Origin: Thermoleophilia bacterium
GTDB lineage: Bacteria > Actinomycetota > Thermoleophilia > Gaiellales > F1-60-MAGs149
Assembly: GCA_032119475.1 (NCBI GenBank)
Contig: JAUMCA010000126.1
Span: forward strand, 1-41,827
DNA length: 41,827 bases
Direction: 5' to 3'
Position numbers and translations under genes: made by a program
Notes under the pieces: generated by a model
What the model was told of the DNA's origin: nothing
Seen by the model: only the letters and a program-made list of their open reading frames with translations
The model's database searches: none
Shown: piece by piece, positions 34,668 through 40,990 of the stretch
Position numbering within the stretch: the stretch's first letter is position 1
Layout of the letters: each line of letters starts with the position of its first letter

Positions 34668-35663
34668 TCATGCGTAGGAGGCCAGGTAGGCCTCGGCCAA
34701 CGGGACGGTGTCGATGGTGAAGCCCTCGCCCAGCTCCTGCGCCTCGGTCGCGAACGCGTAGTGCGAGCCGACCCAGGTGACGAGGAGCATGCGACGGAGC
34801 ATCACGAAGGTGTCGAGCTCGGCCTCGTCCGCGGCCGCGAGCGGCGCCACCTCGCGGTAGCCCTCGAGCCACGAGGCGCGGAACTCGGGCTCGCGCGGGT
34901 GCTCCTCGAAGAACGAGACGGTGGTGGCGTAGTCGTACATGAACCAGCCGTCGCCGCAGTCGTCGAAGTCGATGACGCGGATGTGGTCGCCGTCCTCCAG
35001 CAGGTTCGCGAGCCGCTGGTCGGAGTGGCACAGCCCGAAGCGCTCCGGACCCGTGCCGTAGGCCGCGAGACGACGCTGGATCGTGTCGACCGTGCGCTGG
35101 AACAGCTGCAGCATGTCGCCGGTGACGCCGACGCCGTCCTGCCAGCGCCCCCAGTGGCCGTGGGCGCCGAGGGTGTGGTCGAAGTCCCAGGAGAAGCGGG
35201 TGAAGGCGGCGGGTCGCTGCCAGCTGCGCGCGTGCCCGTGCATGCGCGCGGCGATGCCGCCGAGCGTCCGGTAGCCCGGCAGCGGGTCGACGGTGTCGGG
35301 GTCCGGCGGCTCGCCGGGCGCCCACTCGAACAGGACGACGTTGCGCTCCTGCACACCGGCGATCGCGGCCTGCGTCACCCGGCGGCCGTCCGCGGCCGCA
35401 ACGGGCACGACGCTGTCGACGACGCCGTCGGCGCGCAGGGCGTCGATCCACATCAGCTCGCTCTCGATCGCCGCGGCCGAGTGGTAGCCCGGGCGGTGCA
35501 GGCGCAGCGCGAACGCCTGCCCGCTGGCCGGATCGTCGACCCGGTACGTGTAGTTCTCCGAGACGTTGACCAGCCGCATCGTCGACGCGGGGTCGACGGC
35601 GTACGGCGCCAGCGCCGCCTGCGCCAGCCGATCGATCGCCTCCTGCTCCTCTGCCTCGCCCAA
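34668..35663 (-). CDS. aminoglycoside-phosphotransferase-fold (APH) small-molecule kinase (amino-alcohol kinase by context)
   Basis: A 331-aa ORF with a TTG start 6 nt after GGAGGAGG. It has the catalytic loop CHSDQRLANLL (HxDxxxxN) and the metal-binding VIDFDDCG. Confidence 0.85.
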   Translation of the reverse strand: MGEAEEQEAIDRLAQAALAPYAVDPASTMRLVNVSENYTYRVDDPASGQAFALRLHRPGYHSAAAIESELMWIDALRADGVVDSVVPVAAADGRRVTQAAIAGVQERNVVLFEWAPGEPPDPDTVDPLPGYRTLGGIAARMHGHARSWQRPAAFTRFSWDFDHTLGAHGHWGRWQDGVGVTGDMLQLFQRTVDTIQRRLAAYGTGPERFGLCHSDQRLANLLEDGDHIRVIDFDDCGDGWFMYDYATTVSFFEEHPREPEFRASWLEGYREVAPLAAADEAELDTFVMLRRMLLVTWVGSHYAFATEAQELGEGFTIDTVPLAEAYLASYA

Positions 35664-35696
35664 CCTGCCCCTCCTCCGGACGGTGAGTATATGCCG

Positions 35697-36341
35697 CTAG
35701 GAGTGCTCGCGTCCCTCTACCGACTCCAGCACCCGCGTGATCTCGTCGCGCGCGCGGATGACGCTCGCGGTCGGACCGGACATGTAGATGCGCCCGGCCG
35801 CGCCGATCATCGACACGTTGACGAGCGTGACGTCGGGCGCCACGCGCTCCGCCTCGTTGGCGGCGATCGCCGCGAACAGGGCGGGCGTCATCTCGTACAC
35901 CAGCAGCGTCTGGCCCGGCAGGACCATCGACGCCTCGCGGGTGCGGTTGACGATCACCGCGTGCTGGTCCGTGATGTCCTCGATGACGTCCGAGTACAGG
36001 ATGCGCGGCCGCAGCTGGTGCGACGCCTCCGCGCCCGTGCCCTCGAGGATCGCCGCACCCGCCCGCTCGACGGCGTCGCGGTCGGCGGCGTGGAGCTCGA
36101 GCACGCCGAACTGGCGCTCGACGAAGAGGATGCCCGGCTCGACCTCCGGGACCGCCTTGAGCGCGAGGTCGATGACGCGCTCGATGGCCAGGCCGGGGGC
36201 GACCTCGATGATGAGGGCGTGATCGCCCGCCATCGGCGGGTAGCCCCGTGCCCGCGTCGGGGATCCCATGTACGCCGCGAACTGCCGCTGCAGATCGTGG
36301 ATCGGGAGGTAGACGCGCAGCTCGATATCCGGCCCGGCCAT
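35697..36341 (-). CDS. tandem-domain BMC shell protein (BMC-T-like), paralog 2
   Basis: A 214-aa ORF with two BMC-like halves. The first is ALIIEVAPGLAIERVIDLALKAV...VLELHAADRDAVERA. The second is LLVYEMTPALFAAIAANEAERVAPDVTLV...GAAGRIYMSG. It is collinear with the 37451 paralog. Confidence 0.8.
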   Translation of the reverse strand: MAGPDIELRVYLPIHDLQRQFAAYMGSPTRARGYPPMAGDHALIIEVAPGLAIERVIDLALKAVPEVEPGILFVERQFGVLELHAADRDAVERAGAAILEGTGAEASHQLRPRILYSDVIEDITDQHAVIVNRTREASMVLPGQTLLVYEMTPALFAAIAANEAERVAPDVTLVNVSMIGAAGRIYMSGPTASVIRARDEITRVLESVEGREHS

Positions 36342-36350
36342 CGTCGCGAC

Positions 36351-36626
36351 CTACTTGCTCGCCGTGAAGTGCTTGCCGAGCTCGGCGTGCGGGCGCGGGA
36401 TGACGTGCGCCGAGACGAGCTCGCCGACGGTCGACGCGGTCTCCGAGCCGGCCTCGGTGGCGGCCTTCACGGCCCCGACGTCACCCTGGATGACGACGGC
36501 GACGAGGCCGTCGCCGACCTGCTCGCGGCCGACGATGGTGACGTTGGCGGCCTTCACCATGGCGTCGGCCGCCGCGAGTGCGGCGACGTACCCCTTGGTC
36601 TCGATCATTCCCAGTGCTTCGGACAT
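36351..36626 (-). CDS. BMC-H hexameric shell protein (PduA/EutM/CcmK-like)
   Basis: A 91-aa ORF with ATG after AAGGAGG. It is a canonical single BMC domain: [26 protein letters not shown]...[13 protein letters not shown]. Confidence 0.95.
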   Translation of the reverse strand: MSEALGMIETKGYVAALAAADAMVKAANVTIVGREQVGDGLVAVVIQGDVGAVKAATEAGSETASTVGELVSAHVIPRPHAELGKHFTASK

Positions 36627-36654
36627 TCGGTCCCTCCTTCGTGGGTGCGGTGAA

Positions 36655-36897
36655 CTAGCTGGTCGGGTCGATGACGCCGATGATCAGCGCGTCGATCGGC
36701 GGGTGGGCGGGGGCGAAGCGCGACGCGGCGACGGAGCCGGTCGCGATGAGGACGTGCTCGCCGACGCCGGTCCCGAGGACGTCGAAGGCGACGAGCGCGC
36801 CCCCGGTCTCGAGCTCGACCTCGAGGAACGCGCCGTGGGGCACGTCGTCGATGCGCTTGGTGGCCCAGATGGACCCCTTCACGGTGCCTTTCAGCAT
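36655..36897 (-). CDS. BMC-P pentameric vertex protein (EutN/CcmL/PduN-like)
   Basis: An 80-aa ORF ([19 protein letters not shown]...[22 protein letters not shown]), typical EutN/CcmL size and pattern. The ATG follows GAGGGAG and overlaps the upstream gene end by 7 nt. Confidence 0.9.
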   Translation of the reverse strand: MLKGTVKGSIWATKRIDDVPHGAFLEVELETGGALVAFDVLGTGVGEHVLIATGSVAASRFAPAHPPIDALIIGVIDPTS

Positions 36898-37454
36898 GCT
36901 GTCTCCCTCTGGATCTGGACGCCGAGCGCGCGGGCGCGGTCCTTGCCCATCGGCGTGAGAACGGCCTTGGGGCCGAGGACGAGGACGGCGCCCGTGGACG
37001 CGGCCCGCTCGACCATGCGCTCGGTCACGGCGCCGCGCTCGATGTGCTGCGCACCGCCGGGTGCGGTCGGCGCCGGCGCTCCGCCGCCGCCGCCGTTCAG
37101 CGAGAAGCGGATGCGGCCGGCGAGGATGGCCGCGCGCTCCTCGGGGCGCTCGAGGCGCCGCGCGAGCGAGCGCACGAAGGTGTCGAGGTCGCGATCGCTC
37201 TGCAGGCGCACGTGCTCCACGGCGCCGTCCGCCGCTGTGGACGCGGCGGCGGGAGCGGGCGTGGCCGGGCCGGGGGCACCCGCGCCGTTCCAGCCGGTCG
37301 GGCGGTGGACGCCGGGGACGGGCGGAGCCGGGACCTGCGCGACGGGGGGCGCCGACGCCTGCGCCTCGCGCAGCATGTCGGGGAGCAGCTCCTGCAGCGC
37401 GGCCTTCAGCGCCGCGTGCGTCTCGCCGCTGCCGTTGCCGTTGCCCTCGCTCAC
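36891..37454 (-). CDS. BMC-associated hypothetical protein with N-terminal amphipathic helix and Pro/Ala linker
   Basis: This is the 187-aa part of ORF 36891..38003(-). The GTG start overlaps the upstream TGA (GTGA at 37451-37454). The sequence is VSEGNGNGSGETHAALKAALQELLPDMLREAQ, then a ~40-aa P/A/G-rich linker, then two small folded-looking segments. No family is recognised. Confidence 0.65.
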   Translation of the reverse strand: MSEGNGNGSGETHAALKAALQELLPDMLREAQASAPPVAQVPAPPVPGVHRPTGWNGAGAPGPATPAPAAASTAADGAVEHVRLQSDRDLDTFVRSLARRLERPEERAAILAGRIRFSLNGGGGGAPAPTAPGGAQHIERGAVTERMVERAASTGAVLVLGPKAVLTPMGKDRARALGVQIQRETAC

Positions 37455-38068
37455 GCGATGGCCTCCAGCGCCGCGACCGCGGCCTCGCCGGCCGCGCGGA
37501 CGTTGGCCTCTTCGCCCGCGAGGTAGACGCGACCGGTCGCGCCGACCATGCGGTAGTCGATCACCTTGATGTCGGCCGCCTTCTCCGCCTCGTTCGTGGC
37601 GAGGATGGCGTACGACGCCGGCTGCACCTCGAGCACGAACAGCGACTCGCCGGGCAGCAGCATCGAGCCGATGCGGTTGCGGTTGATCAGGAAGGCGTGC
37701 TGGTGGTCGACGCGGCTGATCACCTTCCGCGCGAGCACCTTCGGCTTCGCGGCCGACTGCGCCGAGACGTCCAGCGCGTCGAGCACCGCGCTCGTCGCGG
37801 AGCGGACGGCGGCCGGGTTCTGCGAGTGGAACTCGAGGTAGCCGAACTGGCGCTCGACGAAGAGGATGCCGGCCTCGACCCGGTCGTGCTTGAGCGCGAC
37901 GTCGGTCAGCGGCTCGATGTCCAGACCGGGGGCGACCTCGATGATCTGGGCGGCCATGCCGCTCTTGGGCAGGCGGCCGCGGATCCAGGTGCCGAGGTAG
38001 CACATGGTCTGGGGCTGCAGCTGGTCCAGGTAGATGCAGCTGCGGAGCTCGACGGTGGGTTCGTTCAC
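37451..38068 (-). CDS. tandem-domain BMC shell protein (BMC-T-like), paralog 1
   Basis: Lies inside ORF 37451..38215(-). The start is placed at GTG 38066-38068 (VNEPTVELRSCIYLDQ...), overlapping the aldehyde dehydrogenase TGA (GTGA). Length is 205 aa. Blocks shared with paralog 2 are IEVAPGL.IE, GILFVERQFG, NEAEKAA, and GATGRVYLAG. Confidence 0.8.
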   Translation of the reverse strand: MNEPTVELRSCIYLDQLQPQTMCYLGTWIRGRLPKSGMAAQIIEVAPGLDIEPLTDVALKHDRVEAGILFVERQFGYLEFHSQNPAAVRSATSAVLDALDVSAQSAAKPKVLARKVISRVDHQHAFLINRNRIGSMLLPGESLFVLEVQPASYAILATNEAEKAADIKVIDYRMVGATGRVYLAGEEANVRAAGEAAVAALEAIA

Positions 38069-39606
38069 TGGCGGGTCAGCTCCTTGAGCTCCTCGAGGAT
38101 GACGCGACGGATCTCCTCGCGGAGCGGGTCGGTCGTGTCGGGATCGGCGGTCGGGTGGGCGGTCGGCGCGACGGGCGGCTCGATCGCGATCGGCTCGGCG
38201 GGGTGATGGCCCCACGGCTCGATGCCGGCGAAGTCGTCGAAGGGGACGCGGGCGTCGGCGTTGTACGCGACGCGCATCCAGTTGACGAAGTGCCTCGGCT
38301 CGAGGTTCTCGCCGACCGACGAGCGGCCGTAGAAGCCGGTGCCGATGGTCATCGTCGGCGCGAGGTTCGTCAGGACGCCCGCGGAGCCGAGGCTGTTGCC
38401 GACGTTGACGGAGACGCGCAGGACCTTCACCGCGGCGCCGTAGGCCATGATCGTGCGTGCATCGCGCGAGTGGATCGAGGCGGAGTGGCCGGCACCGGTG
38501 ATGCGCAGCATCGCGAGCGCCGCGGAGATGCCCGCGCGGACGTTCGGCACGCGCACGAGCCCGAGCAGCGGGAACAGCTTCTCCCGCGCCAGCGGCTCCT
38601 CGGGGACGACGAGCGAGAACGGCGCGACGAGGATGCGCGTATCGGCGGGCACGCGGATGCCGGCCGCCTCGGCGAGCACGGTCGCGTCCTTGCCGACCAG
38701 ATCGACGCGCATGTGGTTGTCGGGGAACAGCGCCTCGCGGACCTTCTCGACCTCGTCCTCGCTGCAGACGTGGGCACCGGCCTTGCGCAGTTCGCGCTCG
38801 AGCTGGTCGGCGACCGGCTCCTCCACGATCACGCAGGACTCGTTCGTGCAGAGGATCGAGTTGTCGAACGCCTTCGAGTCGACGATGTGGCGGGCCGCGG
38901 CCGGGACGTCGGCCGTGCGGTCGACGAACGACGGCACGTTGCCGGGGCCGACGCCGAGGGCGGGGTTGCCGGAGCGGTAGGCCGCCCGCACGACGGCGCT
39001 GCCGCCCGTGGCGACGATCACGTCCGTCGTGGCGTCGGCCATCAGCGCCTCGATCAGCGGCACGGACGGCTCCTCGACGACCTGGATGCAGCCGTCGGGC
39101 GCGCCGGCGCGGACGGCCGCGTCGGACAGCATGTGGACCGCCTCGGCGCAGACGCGCTTGGCGGAGGGGTGCGGGCTGACGACGATCGCGTTGCGCGTCA
39201 TCAGCGCCAGCAGGACCTTGAAGTAGATCGTCGCGATCGGATTCGTGGTCGGGGTGAGCGCGAAGATCACGCCGGCCGGTCGCGGGAGCTCGAGGATCTT
39301 CGCCCCGGCGTCGACGCGCGGGCTGACGAAGTCGTGGTCGCGGTAGGTGTCCCAGAGGTCGCGCGAGCAGGCCCGGTTCTTCAGCACCTTGTGCTCGACG
39401 ACGCCCATGCCCGTCTCGGCGACCGCCTTCTCGGCGTACTCCTCCGCGTGCGCCTCGGCGGCGGCCACGACGGCGTCCATGATCCGCACGACGCGCTCGC
39501 GGTCGTAGCGCGCGAAGAGGTCGGCGGCCCAGTGGGCGCGCTGGAGCATCATGCGGGCGCGCGGCCCGCCGGGCGGCTCGGTCTGCGTCAGCTCGATCAC
39601 GCTCAT
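38065..39606 (-). CDS. CoA-acylating aldehyde dehydrogenase (PduP/EutE-like) with C-terminal encapsulation-peptide-like helix
   Basis: This is the 513-aa part of ORF 38065..40224(-), starting at ATG 39604-39606 (MSVIELT...), which overlaps the upstream TGA (ATGA). Blocks are VATGGSAVVRAAYRSGNPALGVGPGN and the catalytic Cys box FDNSILCTNES. A Pro-rich linker is followed by DPLREEIRRVILEELKELTRQ at the C-terminus. Confidence 0.9.
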   Translation of the reverse strand: MSVIELTQTEPPGGPRARMMLQRAHWAADLFARYDRERVVRIMDAVVAAAEAHAEEYAEKAVAETGMGVVEHKVLKNRACSRDLWDTYRDHDFVSPRVDAGAKILELPRPAGVIFALTPTTNPIATIYFKVLLALMTRNAIVVSPHPSAKRVCAEAVHMLSDAAVRAGAPDGCIQVVEEPSVPLIEALMADATTDVIVATGGSAVVRAAYRSGNPALGVGPGNVPSFVDRTADVPAAARHIVDSKAFDNSILCTNESCVIVEEPVADQLERELRKAGAHVCSEDEVEKVREALFPDNHMRVDLVGKDATVLAEAAGIRVPADTRILVAPFSLVVPEEPLAREKLFPLLGLVRVPNVRAGISAALAMLRITGAGHSASIHSRDARTIMAYGAAVKVLRVSVNVGNSLGSAGVLTNLAPTMTIGTGFYGRSSVGENLEPRHFVNWMRVAYNADARVPFDDFAGIEPWGHHPAEPIAIEPPVAPTAHPTADPDTTDPLREEIRRVILEELKELTRQ

Positions 39607-40895
39607 GCCGGCACCGCCGTCCGGGTCATGGCCTTCCACTCGGCGTGGGCCTTGCCGATCGCGATCTCCGTGCGGTCGAGGATCTCGTCGACCAGCTCGG
39701 GACCGAGCAGGATGCCGGGCTTGAACTGCAGGATCCGCGCGTCGAGCGTGGAGAAGATCGCCCACACCCCGTGCGCGTACAGGTGCTTCATGACGATCTT
39801 CGCGCCCTGCGGGTGGTTGAACTCGAGGCCCATCACGACGCCGTCCTGGCGGATGCCGACGAACCAGTCGGGGTAGACGTCCTGGATCTGGCGCAGGCCG
39901 TGCTGGAAGCGCTCGGCGATGTAGTGGACCATCGAGCGGACCTCGGGGCGGCCGCAGATCTCCAGCACCTTCATGCTCACCACGCAGCCGAGCTCGGCGC
40001 CGCCGCCCGTGGAGATGTGGCCGAAGCCGTCCTCCTTGAGCCAGGCCGAGCACTCGTCGCTGACCACGACGCAGGCGATGGGGTACATGCCGCCGGTGAT
40101 GCCCTTGCCGATCACCATGATGTCCGGCTCGACGCCGGCCTTCGAGATGCCCCACATCTCGCCCGTGCGCATCAAGCCCGTCTGCACCTCGTCGGCGATG
40201 TAGAGCGTGTCGTACTCCTCGCACAGGCGCTTGACGGCCTGGAGGTAGCCCGGGTCGGGGAGCGGGAAGCCGTAGGTGGCGGGGATCGTCTCCATGATCA
40301 CCGCGGCGCAGTCACGGCCCTTGAGGGCCTCCTCCATCGCGTTGAGGTCGTTGAACGGGATCTGCACGAACTCCTCGGGGTGATCCGCGAGGAACAGCTT
40401 GGAGAAGCGGTCGTCGCCGGTGCCGACGGCGAGGCCGGTGTGGCCGTGGTAGGCCTTGATGATCGAGACGATCTTGCGGCGCTGCTTGGTGTGGCGGGCG
40501 GTCTTGATGGCGATGTCCGTCGCCTCGCCGCCGCCGGAGCCGTAGATGACGCGCTGCATGTTCGGGGAGCACGTCTTCACCAGCGCCTCGGCGAGCGCGG
40601 TGCGCGCGAGGGCGGGGAAGTGGTGGTTGCCGATGTCGAAGTGCTGCATCGCCTGCTCGAGCGTGGCGATCAGCTCCGGATTGCGATGGCCGACGTTGTA
40701 GGTGCCGCCGTTGAGGTGGAGGTCGATCAGCCGGCGGCCGGCCATGTCCCAGAAGAGGTAGCCCTCGCGGCGGTCGATCACGAGGTCGATGCCCGCGTCC
40801 TGCCAGAAGTCCGTCTTGTTCGGGTTCCAGAACGCGCGGGAGCGCTCGAGCATGTCCTCCTTCGACTTGTACGAGAAGAACCCGTAGTCGTACAT
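39603..40895 (-). CDS. class-III aminotransferase-fold PLP enzyme (amino-alcohol-phosphate phospho-lyase-like by context)
   Basis: A 430-aa ORF with ATG after AAGGAGAGG. Blocks are GSGGGEATD, DEVQTGLMRTG, and the PLP-lysine box VIGKGITGG. It is the first gene of the BMC operon. Confidence 0.9.
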   Translation of the reverse strand: MYDYGFFSYKSKEDMLERSRAFWNPNKTDFWQDAGIDLVIDRREGYLFWDMAGRRLIDLHLNGGTYNVGHRNPELIATLEQAMQHFDIGNHHFPALARTALAEALVKTCSPNMQRVIYGSGGGEATDIAIKTARHTKQRRKIVSIIKAYHGHTGLAVGTGDDRFSKLFLADHPEEFVQIPFNDLNAMEEALKGRDCAAVIMETIPATYGFPLPDPGYLQAVKRLCEEYDTLYIADEVQTGLMRTGEMWGISKAGVEPDIMVIGKGITGGMYPIACVVVSDECSAWLKEDGFGHISTGGGAELGCVVSMKVLEICGRPEVRSMVHYIAERFQHGLRQIQDVYPDWFVGIRQDGVVMGLEFNHPQGAKIVMKHLYAHGVWAIFSTLDARILQFKPGILLGPELVDEILDRTEIAIGKAHAEWKAMTRTAVPA

Positions 40896-40917
40896 GCAGC
40901 CTCTCCTTGCCGGAGTT

Positions 40918-40983
40918 GGACCGCAATGTACCGATCACCAGACCGAATTGCAAATCGGTCTGGTTTTGGTCCGGTTGCGGTCC
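40918..40983 (-). promoter_or_regulatory. BMC operon promoter (minus strand: -35 TTGCAA 40948-40953, 17-nt spacer, -10 TACATT 40925-40930) embedded in nested inverted repeats
   Basis: All elements are read directly from the sequence. The inner element is a 28-bp near-perfect palindrome ACCAGACCGAaTTGCAAaTCGGTCTGGT (40937-40964). The outer element is a 9-bp inverted repeat GGACCGCAA (40918-40926) / TTGCGGTCC (40975-40983). The region is an AT-rich island, and the RBS AAGGAGAGG precedes the ATG at 40895. Confidence 0.5.
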
Positions 40984-40990
40984 GGTGACG

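Noticed and set aside
33087-40895. Claiming the microcompartment locus is an entirely new BMC type.
   Set aside because: Gene content and order match what I recall of the described RMM (Rhodococcus/Mycobacterium microcompartment) aminoacetone/1-amino-2-propanol locus. Novelty is limited to accessory and regulatory features until a catalogue comparison is run.
40937-40964. The shared heptamer CCAGACC/GGTCTGG between the loops of the hairpin elements (18757-18761, 25432-25436 and 25481-25485 regions) and the BMC operator palindrome, suggesting one protein binds both.
   Set aside because: A 7-nt match in three places is within chance expectation, and the flanking sequences are unrelated. It could be revisited if the GntR footprint includes the heptamer.
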